59,269 nt of DNA from a virus (IMGVR_UViG_3300023174_002791:1-59269), one strand, 5' to 3'. Shown: positions 34,959-44,469, numbered from the stretch's first letter. Notes: generated by a model from the letters alone, not told the origin. Numbers and translations are program-made.

Positions 34959-36191
34959 TTAAAATCCCTCTCCTGCGAATACGCAAGCGTCTAGTGGTAT
35001 GCCTAACCTTAACGCTAATTCTTGCTCTTTGTTTTGACGGGGAAGTCCTTCTTCAAAGACATTCCAAGACAAACGGTCTATACGGAAACGGAAAGCACCA
35101 AGGTTTACGACAACCTTGCCTGACCTGTTATGACCAGGACGGGTTGCGCCACCACTGACAATATCCTGTACATCATCGGCATCAAATCCTGTCCCCTCAA
35201 ATTTTGTTACAGACATTAGTAAGTTAGAAAGAGTTGTTGCATCATACGACGCTAAATCAGCAGTTCTATTATCTGCTAAAACTATTTTGGTCGCCTGTTC
35301 ATCATTAACATCAAGGTACACAACCGCCAACTCCGTCCAACCTAACGAGCGTGCAGCAAAGAATGTGTGGTTACCAATCAGTACGGTGCCATCCATACGG
35401 CATACAAGCGGACGGAACTGACCATTCATCTCAAGGCTTTGAGCAATCGCTCCAATGTCACCTTCGCGTGCGTTTCCAGACAACGGGATTAAGTTCTCAA
35501 TTGGTACAACCGTAACATTTACATCTGACATTGACACTTGACGAGTCTTGCTTTCTTCTTTCTTCTGTCTTACAAGTTCAGGCATACCCAATTGCGCTCG
35601 CAACGTAGTAATCGCAACACCGTTCCTGCCCTCAGCATTGTCAAGATGGTGTGAATACCAAACATCGTAAGGGTCTTTCAACACATTCCATCTGTACTGA
35701 CCTACCTTGAACAACACTTCATCGGATATGGGGGTCTCTGGGAGTGCTCCGTCTAATGGTGCTCCGATTAAATCCTCTAGGTTCGTTTCTAAGCCATCAA
35801 TCTGACCCTTCAGGTGGTCTAGGTACCCCCCGTCAAATCCTGTCCCGTCTAAATCGGGCAGGGATTCCAACAACGCTAAGAGTGCTGAGTCGTCATACGA
35901 AGCCAAGTCGCTCGTACGGTTATCTGCAAGCACAATACGCTTTGCTGTTTCTTCATCCACATCCACATACGTTACATTGACAGACGACCACTTTAATCTT
36001 TGCATCGCTTGCCACGTGTGCGAGCCAGCAAGAATGTAATTAGTTTTACGGTCAACCACAATCGGTTTGTATTGACCGTGCGCCATCAAGGATTCTGCAA
36101 TTGCATCAACGTCACCCCGACGTGGATTTTGCGGGTACGGCTGAACATCACCAATCGGTATGACAGTAGTACCAGTAATTCTTACATTCAC
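34959..36191 (-). CDS. Tandem double ParB/Srx-domain protein
   Basis: Two copies of N.R.GD..AIA.SL...GQ..P and IVLADNRT.DLASYD. Confidence 0.85.
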   Translation of the reverse strand: MNVRITGTTVIPIGDVQPYPQNPRRGDVDAIAESLMAHGQYKPIVVDRKTNYILAGSHTWQAMQRLKWSSVNVTYVDVDEETAKRIVLADNRTSDLASYDDSALLALLESLPDLDGTGFDGGYLDHLKGQIDGLETNLEDLIGAPLDGALPETPISDEVLFKVGQYRWNVLKDPYDVWYSHHLDNAEGRNGVAITTLRAQLGMPELVRQKKEESKTRQVSMSDVNVTVVPIENLIPLSGNAREGDIGAIAQSLEMNGQFRPLVCRMDGTVLIGNHTFFAARSLGWTELAVVYLDVNDEQATKIVLADNRTADLASYDATTLSNLLMSVTKFEGTGFDADDVQDIVSGGATRPGHNRSGKVVVNLGAFRFRIDRLSWNVFEEGLPRQNKEQELALRLGIPLDACVFAGEGF

Positions 36192-36481
36192 TTAATGGAT
36201 TCCTTTTCATCAGACGCTTCTACGAGTTCAAACAAATCAGCATCTGCGAGCGCTCGAATAAACTCAGGGGCTGGTAGTTCTTCGCTTACATCAGTCTTCG
36301 ACCAGACCCAAGCACGCCAAGATAGTTCTACGCGCAACGAACGTTCAGTGAAATCATTCCATTGGAATTCACCTATCTCGGTCAGTAACGCCTCGGCACT
36401 TTTAGCCGAGGTGCTACCACCGCTTTTCCATTTGACTTTCCACATAGGACGAAACATTACAACACATTCCTTTCTAGGCAA
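36188..36481 (-). CDS. Hypothetical protein
   Basis: ORF in operon; start uncertain. Confidence 0.5.
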   Translation of the reverse strand: MPRKECVVMFRPMWKVKWKSGGSTSAKSAEALLTEIGEFQWNDFTERSLRVELSWRAWVWSKTDVSEELPAPEFIRALADADLFELVEASDEKESIK

Positions 36482-36489
36482 GTGGATTC

Positions 36490-37350
36490 TTAGTAGCCGT
36501 CAGTCCACATATCTACGTGGCGCCAATTGCTGTTATCAAATGGGTCATCACTAGGGTCTGCACTGTGGTCTGCACCAGCAAGTTCTAGAGCGAGAGCATC
36601 CTCATCAGTGAGCACGTTCGCACTCTCATATTGAGTAATGTCTGTGTATTCGACCAAACGTCCTCGGCGGACTTTGATATATGACCACTCTGGTATCTGC
36701 TCTATCCAATCCAATTTGATACCAGCATCTTTGACAGCCTTGCCGAGCAACATATCGGTTGACGCGAATAAGAATGAACCAGCGGCAGTCTGAGCGACAG
36801 CCAACGGACTGTTGCAACATCTCGCCAAGTGGAGGTCAGTACCTGTTCTGGTATCTAGCCAAGCCACAGCAGCACCACCATCAAGAAGACCAAGTAGGTC
36901 AGTCGGCTTTGATTCTGAGTTCTTGTACGAAGCCAACATTGAGAAGATTGCTTCACTGTCAACTTCAGCCTTACGGCGGTGGGTCGTGTAGTTCTCAAAG
37001 ATTTCTTTGTGATTACTAACGTGACCGTTGTGAACGCCAACTACATCGCCAACTCTGATTGGGTGGTTGTTCAAATTGTTTAACGGTGAACCAAGCGTTG
37101 CAAACCGTGTATGGAAGATTGCAGTCTTAGCATCAACAGGAAGTTTGTCACCATACTTCTTGACGAACTCGAACGCATTGACGTTTGATTTGTAGTTCTT
37201 AATCAGACGGTTCTCTGGCTTACCAGTTACGAAAGCCATACCAGTAGCGTGAGCACCACGGGTAACTATCTGGTGCAGTAAAGCACTACCCAACTTGTTT
37301 GCATTGATGTCTTCATCAGTCTTCAGACTGAAACCAGCGATTCCGCACAT
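36490..37350 (-). CDS. Class II (Ntn) glutamine amidotransferase
   Basis: N-terminal CGIAG, RG..ATG, HTR.AT.G, NNHP, HNG, VDSE. Confidence 0.9.
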   Translation of the reverse strand: MCGIAGFSLKTDEDINANKLGSALLHQIVTRGAHATGMAFVTGKPENRLIKNYKSNVNAFEFVKKYGDKLPVDAKTAIFHTRFATLGSPLNNLNNHPIRVGDVVGVHNGHVSNHKEIFENYTTHRRKAEVDSEAIFSMLASYKNSESKPTDLLGLLDGGAAVAWLDTRTGTDLHLARCCNSPLAVAQTAAGSFLFASTDMLLGKAVKDAGIKLDWIEQIPEWSYIKVRRGRLVEYTDITQYESANVLTDEDALALELAGADHSADPSDDPFDNSNWRHVDMWTDGY

Positions 37351-37375
37351 AATGTTTCTCCTTTTTCTCTCTCGG

Positions 37376-38314
37376 TTATCGCGCTAGAACTTCTGCGCGA
37401 GCAGTTAGGTAGTTGACGGTTTCTTCTGATAGACCAGCGTGAACGTTTAGGTCTGCAAGCATTTCTGCTAGGTCGATTCTGATATTGGCTTCTACGTGAT
37501 TCTTAGCAGCAGAGATAAGCGCCTGAGTGAACAAAATCCAGTGGCGCAACTTTGCACCATCAAGTGAACCTTGATGTTGGCGAATTTCGATAGTGCCATA
37601 TTTTGGATAAGACATCACATTGATTTTGCGGTAACGATTATAAGAATTGCGGATGCGTCCAGTTTGAATGAACTCATTTTGGATATTACGCAGTTCGGTG
37701 TCGCTGAGGTTCTGGCAGAAGGTGTTGCGATTCTCACGGCGAGAACGGCTAACAAGTGAGTCAATTGCAATCTGACGCTCTGACCACAGTGTTACGAAGG
37801 CAGCAATCTCAGAACCACTAAGTCCTTGCATATCGTGGTGAACGTGGATTCCTGTAGTTACGTTCACAGTTGCACCTGCATTGGACAGAGTTGTTACAGC
37901 AAGTTCAAGTTGAACAAGTCCCGCTTCACCGCGAAGTGGTGGAGATACGAGTTCACCGCAACCATTACCTTCGTGGCGGACAGAACCATCTGGTACAAGT
38001 TTCCAGTGACGGCGAGTAGTGTGGTTGTACGCTTCATTGACTGCATTGATGCCAGCAGCCTGTAACGCAGCCTCAGCCTCAGAACGACTGATTCCACTGA
38101 ACTCTATCTCTACACCGAAGCGGCGACCTTGAGCAGCAGTTGAACCACCGCTTAGGCGGAGGATTCCTGAACGTACAGCATTGCGTGCAGATGACGCAGT
38201 TGAGTAGCCCAACGCAGTTGCGATGGCTTGGTATGAATGACCTTGCTCGAACATTTCTACGGCAGAGCGCAGACGTGCTTCTGTTATGTCGGCTCTTACT
38301 CTCATTCTTGGCAT
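37376..38314 (-). CDS. COOH-NH2 amidoligase with N-terminal HTH
   Basis: FGVEIE, W....DGS, ELVSP.L, G.HVH, RY...N, T.E.R.H; N-terminal SY..IA.ALGY HTH. Confidence 0.85.
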   Translation of the reverse strand: MPRMRVRADITEARLRSAVEMFEQGHSYQAIATALGYSTASSARNAVRSGILRLSGGSTAAQGRRFGVEIEFSGISRSEAEAALQAAGINAVNEAYNHTTRRHWKLVPDGSVRHEGNGCGELVSPPLRGEAGLVQLELAVTTLSNAGATVNVTTGIHVHHDMQGLSGSEIAAFVTLWSERQIAIDSLVSRSRRENRNTFCQNLSDTELRNIQNEFIQTGRIRNSYNRYRKINVMSYPKYGTIEIRQHQGSLDGAKLRHWILFTQALISAAKNHVEANIRIDLAEMLADLNVHAGLSEETVNYLTARAEVLAR

Positions 38315-38359
38315 TTCGTTTCCGTTTCTCTATGTGGTCTGGGGCTTTCCCATTACGGA

Positions 38360-38391
38360 CTACATTAGACCTATCGGGGGTTAGGTGTCTA
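38360..38391 (-). promoter_or_regulatory. Promoter with TAAC-N4-GTTA-like box in the spacer
   Basis: TAGACA-N18-TAATGT; box at 38372-38383. Confidence 0.55.
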
Positions 38392-38517
38392 TCCGTGATT
38401 CAAGCCATTTTGGGCGTGTTGCGTTTTCAGGTGCTCCGTGACCTGCCCGTTTACCGTGTGACGTAGATAACAGTCTGACCAGTCAGGCTTTTGTACCAAA
38501 TGTCCGAAACAACGGGG

Positions 38518-39330
38518 CTAGAGGCTGGAATCTGCCAATCGCTCGGCTCGGTGGGAATCTCTATCTGACTGAAGACCAGCAAAGGTTTTACCAGACATAC
38601 GCTTTTTAAAATGCGGAATGTTATTAGCAGGAATACCAATACGTACGTTAGGCAACAATACAGCCTGCAAGTCATTATCACTCTGGTCTACATAACCATC
38701 TTCAGTCATTGACACTAATGATAGAAAAACATCAGCGTGACGGTCTGTATCTTTATCAACGAGTGAATCTTGACGACCACCCATCGAATACAACCAACGA
38801 AAATTATCAGGTGCTACACCATCAACCATACGGCGGAATCGGGACACTTCTTTCGTGTACGCATAGAACAACACATCAGGTACAGCACGTGCAACTTCAA
38901 GCCAAGCGTCAGTGTATTCATCACTAAAAAAATCACCGCTGTCGTGAACGCGCACGGCTTTGCCACCAGACAACAACCACTGACGCACCCATTCATCTAC
39001 GCTGTCTAACGGCACCCGTTCAATTTCTTTTGGTACACCAGTCGGACGAAATCTTTTAGCGCCCAACTCAGTAATCATTGCGGTCTTCCAACCCTCAAGG
39101 TCATCAAGCACAAAATGTAAATTCAGTAAGTGTTTACGTCGGACGGCTGGAAACAAATACGTTCCGTTACGTGCGTAGCAGACCTGAGCACAAGCACCTG
39201 CTTCTGGACAAACGTTGAAGTTGCGACCATCTAATAATTTGACTGCAAACGCTGGTAACGTCCAGTTTGAAATACCATCGGCACGTAGTTCACTATTACT
39301 TGTCAGTAGTTTTGCTGGTCTAGGTATCAA
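38518..39330 (-). CDS. GP88 family protein (radical-SAM-like)
   Basis: CP.AG.C...CYA, R.HDSGDF, FYAYTK. Confidence 0.8.
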   Translation of the reverse strand: MIPRPAKLLTSNSELRADGISNWTLPAFAVKLLDGRNFNVCPEAGACAQVCYARNGTYLFPAVRRKHLLNLHFVLDDLEGWKTAMITELGAKRFRPTGVPKEIERVPLDSVDEWVRQWLLSGGKAVRVHDSGDFFSDEYTDAWLEVARAVPDVLFYAYTKEVSRFRRMVDGVAPDNFRWLYSMGGRQDSLVDKDTDRHADVFLSLVSMTEDGYVDQSDNDLQAVLLPNVRIGIPANNIPHFKKRMSGKTFAGLQSDRDSHRAERLADSSL

Positions 39331-40670
39331 TCGCTAACTCCTTTTAGTCTGGTCTCTAACAAATCTTTCAAACGGTTATTAGCCTGAATACCAACACCTA
39401 CATAAGTGAACCCTGCTGCGACTGCTGCATTAGCATCAAGTATGTTGCGAGCATCTACAATTTTCTTTGAAGCCATTACTGCTCCTATTTGATGAAGGTC
39501 ATATCCTACAAATTCAGACCATTCCGTAAGGATTACAAGAGCATCTGCTCCATTGCACGCTTCTATCGGAGTTCGAACAATATCCCACGGCAAATCTTTT
39601 GTTTCTACAACAGGGTCAAAGGCTACTATCTCTGCGCCAAGCGACATCATTTCTGTAATTACTGCAAACGCTGGACTTTCACGCATATCAGAGGTGTCAG
39701 CCTTAAATGCTAATCCCCAAACAGCAATCTTCTTTCCTTCTAAGTCTCCTACAATCCATTCCAAACGATTAACAATTTTCTTGGGTTGTTCATCATTGGA
39801 TTTAACAGCAGCCCTAACAATTCTTAAATCTATTTTATGGTCGTGCGCTGTTGCAAGCAAAGCCATCGTATCTTTTGGAAAGCACGAACCTCCCCAACCA
39901 GCACTAGGCGCTAAGAATGATTCTCCTATGCGACGGTCACTGCCAAAGCCTCTACGAACGTCTGCGTAGTCTGCTCCTATTGCATCGCACAATTCTGCTA
40001 TCTCATTACCAAAAGTTATCTTTGTTGCTAAGAAACCATTAGCGGCATATTTACATAGTTCTGCGCTCAAAGTAGACATAATCATAATTGGGGCTTTGAT
40101 ATTACGGTACAACTTAGTAACGAACTCCCCTGCCTCTAAATTGTCAGCGCCAATGACTATCCTGTCTGGCTTCATAAAATCTTGAACGGCGTTACCTTCT
40201 CTAAGAAATTCTGGATTGCTAACTACAGTTGCATCTTTGCGGTCTAACAAAGTGTTTAGGTAGGAGGCTGTTCCAACAGGGCTAGTTGATTTATTAACTA
40301 CAACCGTGCCTTTTGAAAACATCTTGCGATTATGTAAAACAAAACTCTCTAGATAAGAAATATCTGCTGCACCAGTTTCTGAACGTGGTGTAGGTAGGCA
40401 CAACATAACAATATCTACATCTTTGAATACGTCAGAAGCATCATAGATGAAACCTAGTCTGCCTTCCATTACATTTTTATAAACTAAATCTTCTAGATTC
40501 TTTTCATAGAACGGCAAACGTCCCTGTTGGATTGATAAAAGTTTTGACTTATCATTTTCTACACAAACAACGTTGTTTCCTAATTCTGCTAAACAAGCAG
40601 CGGTAGTTAGACCAACAAAACCTGCTCCTATAACAGCAACGTTTGAGGTGCTAAGACCTGACGCAACCAT
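39327..40670 (-). CDS. ugd: UDP-glucose 6-dehydrogenase
   Basis: GAGFVG, KST, SNPEFLREG, KYAAN.FLA.KI, GGSCFPKD, GLAFK..T.D.RES, D.RN. Confidence 0.93.
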   Translation of the reverse strand: MVASGLSTSNVAVIGAGFVGLTTAACLAELGNNVVCVENDKSKLLSIQQGRLPFYEKNLEDLVYKNVMEGRLGFIYDASDVFKDVDIVMLCLPTPRSETGAADISYLESFVLHNRKMFSKGTVVVNKSTSPVGTASYLNTLLDRKDATVVSNPEFLREGNAVQDFMKPDRIVIGADNLEAGEFVTKLYRNIKAPIMIMSTLSAELCKYAANGFLATKITFGNEIAELCDAIGADYADVRRGFGSDRRIGESFLAPSAGWGGSCFPKDTMALLATAHDHKIDLRIVRAAVKSNDEQPKKIVNRLEWIVGDLEGKKIAVWGLAFKADTSDMRESPAFAVITEMMSLGAEIVAFDPVVETKDLPWDIVRTPIEACNGADALVILTEWSEFVGYDLHQIGAVMASKKIVDARNILDANAAVAAGFTYVGVGIQANNRLKDLLETRLKGVSD

Positions 40671-40891
40671 TACTTGCCTACAATAATCTTGTAAACGGTA
40701 ACTTCTGAGACAGCCATCTTTGTTGCTATCTCTTTGTACGTGACATTTTGCTTTCTTAAATCAAGAACGTATTTACGTCTCCGTTTACCAGTTTCCACAA
40801 TTTCGTCTTGCAGTCTGTGAATTTTGTCAGTGGTCTCTGATACGGCTCGTAACAGATGCTCTTTATCTAATTGCTCTGGATTTTCAGTCAT
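40670..40891 (-). CDS. Small HTH regulator
   Basis: TYKEIA..M.VS..TVYKI; operator-like box at 40915-40926 just upstream. Confidence 0.75.
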   Translation of the reverse strand: MTENPEQLDKEHLLRAVSETTDKIHRLQDEIVETGKRRRKYVLDLRKQNVTYKEIATKMAVSEVTVYKIIVGK

Positions 40892-40923
40892 ACAGTCACC
40901 CTATCTCATTTTCACAACGGGGG

Positions 40924-41292
40924 TTAGTCTGCCACAACACCGTGAATAATTAATTCAAGAGCATTACGACCACGCTGGGGCGCTACAAAAGTAATTGAGT
41001 GAAGATATTGGGAAGAATCGTCGGGCATAACCTTGGCATCAACCAAACCATCAATTGCAGCCTTTACAGCAGGGTTGCAAGCAGCAACATCTTGAAGTCT
41101 CCCTGCCTTCTGATACACCTTGACAGTTATGTCACAAGTTTTTAAAGTCGGAATTTTCTGTTGCCTAGCAAGAATACAAAACGCATTACGCCAAGTCTTT
41201 ACATTGTCTGCTCTTTGCCATCTGTTACCAGCGCGTTCGCCATTAGTAGTCCACGGGCGTTGTTCTAAAGTTAGTTCCCAAGTTTTTAACAT
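40924..41292 (-). CDS. RusA-like Holliday junction resolvase
   Basis: D......KAAIDGLVDA.V..DD. Confidence 0.7.
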   Translation of the reverse strand: MLKTWELTLEQRPWTTNGERAGNRWQRADNVKTWRNAFCILARQQKIPTLKTCDITVKVYQKAGRLQDVAACNPAVKAAIDGLVDAKVMPDDSSQYLHSITFVAPQRGRNALELIIHGVVAD

Positions 41293-41663
41293 TACATATC
41301 CCTTTTAATTGGAATATACGTGGCTTCATTATCTAACAACATAAATACATTACGGATTAATACTGGCTTAGTTGCTGGATTCTCATACGAATGAACTAAC
41401 CAACCATTTTCATAACTTAATTCTCTGTTTGATTCTACGTAACCGTGACAACCAGACGTGCCTGACCCACAAATCATCATCAAGTTACTGGATTCGTTAA
41501 GAGCAGCATCTTTACTGCCACCCATCTTGCGAGGTTTACGGTGATGCAAAGAAACATACATCTCACTGTATAACGATTTGTTACAAATTTCGCACGTACC
41601 TCCGCCTCTGCTAATTACAGACGCACGGACAATAGGTGAAGCACCTGTGAAACGCTTTGCCAC
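41292..41663 (-). CDS. HNH endonuclease
   Basis: CEIC, HHR.PR.MGG, NL...CGSGT.GCHG. Confidence 0.85.
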   Translation of the reverse strand: MAKRFTGASPIVRASVISRGGGTCEICNKSLYSEMYVSLHHRKPRKMGGSKDAALNESSNLMMICGSGTSGCHGYVESNRELSYENGWLVHSYENPATKPVLIRNVFMLLDNEATYIPIKRDM

Positions 41664-42151
41664 TAAACGTTAAGCGCTTTACGCTCAGATGACTCTAGTT
41701 GAAGTTGGTCGCCTACAAGAATCTTACGGTCAAATCGAGTCACAAGTTCTTCATACGCACGCCAGAATTGCGAGCGCGAGGTTTCTACATTCTCGCTCAT
41801 ACATAAACCACGCCAACCCATATTTCTTACAGTCTCAGTAATTGCATCGTGCGAAAACTCTGGAGTCCCATACGTACCATACTTCTGCATTTGTCTTTGT
41901 ACTTCGCCCCACGCTTCAACCTTGCTAGGTGCTAAAGACCCTGACTGCTCTGCAACCTTACGACGGATGGAAGCAATCGACAACCACTTATCAGAAGTCA
42001 TCAACAATTCTTTGACTGCCTTCTCAACTTGCTCTACAGACAAATCGCTAAGAAGTTCTGCATAGACACTTACGGTTTCTTTAGTAAGTGGATATTGAGG
42101 ATAAGCAACTGCACACAAAGATAAAATCTTTGCCGCTTCTATTTTGTTCAT
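41663..42151 (-). CDS. Replicative helicase loader/inhibitor (G39P-like)
   Basis: EA..IL....AYP, L.DL....V..AV, EAW.EV, GW..LC; follows the initiator. Confidence 0.7.
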   Translation of the reverse strand: MNKIEAAKILSLCAVAYPQYPLTKETVSVYAELLSDLSVEQVEKAVKELLMTSDKWLSIASIRRKVAEQSGSLAPSKVEAWGEVQRQMQKYGTYGTPEFSHDAITETVRNMGWRGLCMSENVETSRSQFWRAYEELVTRFDRKILVGDQLQLESSERKALNV

Positions 42152-42915
42152 TGTTCAGCGCCAATCTGTTCTTCTAGGTAATCACGGATAGCAGAGAAGC
42201 CACGTGGCTCATTCTGTTTTTGTTTACGCGTAGCCTCAAGACGAAGCCTGTCAAAGTGTTCACGTAACTTTTGAGGAGAACGGACATTCATTGACCAGAA
42301 ATCATCTTGAGTAGCCCAAAGAATAGCCCCCTGAATCTGTTCTGGAGTTCTTTCATCTATACGCATCATACGGTCAATAACCTTGAGCCATTCTTTTGTC
42401 ACAGTCGGACGCTTGAAACCATTACGTTCAATACAATCTGCTAATAACTTACAAATATCATTAGTAACAGAATTATTGTAGTTGGAGCCTTCTCCTTCAT
42501 TTTGGCTTTTGTTAAGTATGGCTATGGTTAGTGTGTCGTTTTCTGCACCAGGGGTAGGTACATTTTCTTCGCTACGTGACCTGTTTCTATTTTCCCTACC
42601 AAGCGAAGATTTTTCGCTAGTTGGGATACTACATACAGTATAAATGTTTGAGGTGTAGCCACCGTCTTCTTTATAACGGCGCTCTTTTTCTAAAGCACCA
42701 AGTCCTAGCAATTCTTTAATCGCTGAATCTACAGTTCTATCAGAACAGTGCATACGAGTTGCAAGTGTCTGCCTTGAAGGGAAACACATACCATCTCTGT
42801 CAGCATACCTACGAAGCACGGCATACAAACGTATAGCAGCAGATGAAACATCAGCATCTAGTACCCATTCAGGCACTATTGCAAAGTAGTAATCAGCAGA
42901 AGTTTTGTCGGTCAT
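42148..42915 (-). CDS. Replication initiator (HTH)
   Basis: FAIVP.W, A..LY..L..YA, FPS..TLA, SN.Y; C-terminal FW..N..SP.KLR..FD. Confidence 0.75.
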   Translation of the reverse strand: MTDKTSADYYFAIVPEWVLDADVSSAAIRLYAVLRRYADRDGMCFPSRQTLATRMHCSDRTVDSAIKELLGLGALEKERRYKEDGGYTSNIYTVCSIPTSEKSSLGRENRNRSRSEENVPTPGAENDTLTIAILNKSQNEGEGSNYNNSVTNDICKLLADCIERNGFKRPTVTKEWLKVIDRMMRIDERTPEQIQGAILWATQDDFWSMNVRSPQKLREHFDRLRLEATRKQKQNEPRGFSAIRDYLEEQIGAEQ

Positions 42916-42968
42916 CTCATACTCCTGTGTCTTTGTGGGAAGCGAAAGATACTGCATAAAATGTAATA

Positions 42969-43004
42969 CGACACACTGCCATTGTCTACTACAGCAGTGT
43001 GTCG
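42969..43004. other. 11-bp perfect inverted repeat upstream of the initiator
   Basis: CGACACACTGC-N14-GCAGTGTGTCG. Confidence 0.55.
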
Positions 43005-43017
43005 CGTCTACAGAAGG

Positions 43018-43641
43018 TTAGTTAGGTGTTTCTACCATTTCATCTTCTTCAATGTCACTTACAGTCACATTTTTAACTGGTACAACTTCTTGTACAACCG
43101 TTTGAGTTAGTTCAGCCTTCTTCTCATTGTAAATAGATAGCAACTCATTACGTTGAGCCTCTGTTAATGAATACTCACCAGCAGAGTTTGCAACTTGCTG
43201 AAGATTTTCTACGGTCTTTACAAGTTTCATTGAATGAGTAAGTGTCACCCAAATTGGTTCAGTAATACTTTTCTTTTCTGGTCTTGCAGATTGTGTTGCA
43301 CGTTCAACCTTTTGCATCTCCTCACGGGAGGGGCGCTTGCCTTTTGTTGCAAAACCTAAATTGGCTAATGCGCGTCCAATTGACGAGGTCTCGCAGTTCT
43401 CGCTTGCATTGGTTCTGTTTACTGGACTACTGCCTTCTATCTCACTAGCAAAACCGCGAACAGTTGGCATTGAATCTTCTTTATCTATGTAAACGTGTGT
43501 CCAACATTCCCATTGATATTTACCATCTTCACGCAGAACGCAAGTTGGTTTGTCTGGGAGTATGCGTCCATTCGGATGCGCTTCCCAAAAAGCACGAATA
43601 CGATTTTCAACTGGTTCATACTCAGATAAGTCGAATCCCAT
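43018..43641 (-). CDS. Putative single-strand annealing recombinase
   Basis: Y..V..RI..F, ENCETS.IGRALA, SREEM; next to Gam-like gene. Confidence 0.6.
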   Translation of the reverse strand: MGFDLSEYEPVENRIRAFWEAHPNGRILPDKPTCVLREDGKYQWECWTHVYIDKEDSMPTVRGFASEIEGSSPVNRTNASENCETSSIGRALANLGFATKGKRPSREEMQKVERATQSARPEKKSITEPIWVTLTHSMKLVKTVENLQQVANSAGEYSLTEAQRNELLSIYNEKKAELTQTVVQEVVPVKNVTVSDIEEDEMVETPN

Positions 43642-44207
43642 TACAGTTCCACCTCTACGCTAACGGAAAGATTACCTTCCTCGATTGTAAGACCAGGAAC
43701 AAGTTCCCCATCTTTTGTAATTACTTTAAGAGTTGCAGAATCGTCTACCACTAAATCAGCATAAGCCTCTTTGATTTTAGTCAAAGCAGGTTCTTCTTTA
43801 ATCCTAATTAAATCTGGAGCACTTGTACGCGCCCACGCTAAGAATAATTCAGAATCTACAGCCCACTTACGATTTGATTGTCTAGTAGAAATTTTGCCGT
43901 GCGGTAACGTAACTGACTTACGTGGGTCATCTGGGTTCAAACGAACTCTATGACCATAACCAGTTAAATGCGCTACAAAATACTCAGCGTCACTTTCTAT
44001 AGTTTTGTTTACGGCTTCAAGCCACGCTGTTACGCGAGCAATTTCAGCCTGAGCGATTTCTTCATTGACTTTTTGTTTAGCACGGAGCGAGCGCAACTTA
44101 CGCATAGCCCAAGCCGCTTTTTGGTCGTCATCAATAACGAACGCTTCTCTGACTTCTTCTGTTTTGAAATCATCTAAGGCTTCGTCAAGAGATTCAGGAA
44201 GTGACAT
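43641..44207 (-). CDS. Mu Gam-like host-nuclease inhibitor
   Basis: I.D...A.WA.RK, coiled coil, KS..LP.G....R. Confidence 0.7.
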   Translation of the reverse strand: MSLPESLDEALDDFKTEEVREAFVIDDDQKAAWAMRKLRSLRAKQKVNEEIAQAEIARVTAWLEAVNKTIESDAEYFVAHLTGYGHRVRLNPDDPRKSVTLPHGKISTRQSNRKWAVDSELFLAWARTSAPDLIRIKEEPALTKIKEAYADLVVDDSATLKVITKDGELVPGLTIEEGNLSVSVEVEL

Positions 44208-44236
44208 TGATTCTCCTTCTGTTGTCGTGGAGAGCA

Positions 44237-44266
44237 ATCATAACTGGGGTTAGTGACTTATGTAAA
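44237..44266 (-). promoter_or_regulatory. Promoter of the replication/recombination operon with TAAC-N4-GTTA box
   Basis: TTTACA-N18-TATGAT; box TAACTGGGGTTA at 44241-44252. Confidence 0.65.
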
Positions 44267-44353
44267 TACCCCTAGAAATTAGGTGTCTCAGCGCTTGACG
44301 TTACAACGAACCACTGACAAGATACAGACCTGTCCTTGGGGAAGTGGCAGACG

Positions 44354-44396
44354 AAGACGCAGGTACAGAAATTCTCTCTTTCCGTACCTGCGTCTT
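44354..44396 (-). terminator. 18-bp hairpin at the late/early boundary
   Basis: AAGACGCAGGTACGGAAA-GAGAGAA-TTTCTGTACCTGCGTCTT (one G-U pair). Confidence 0.6.
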
Positions 44397-44469
44397 ACTT
44401 ATTGGGTGAACCCCTGAAACAGTCTCTACGAGCCTCCTAGACCCCTACAAGAGCCTTTTATGACCTTGC

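Noticed and set aside
34341-36191. ParABS plasmid-prophage partition system
   Set aside because: No ParA ATPase and no HTH/dimerisation region; these are ParB/Srx N-terminal domains in a modification-type context
41292-41663. Mobile homing endonuclease or intron
   Set aside because: Short HNH coupled at both ends inside the replication operon; no interrupted gene
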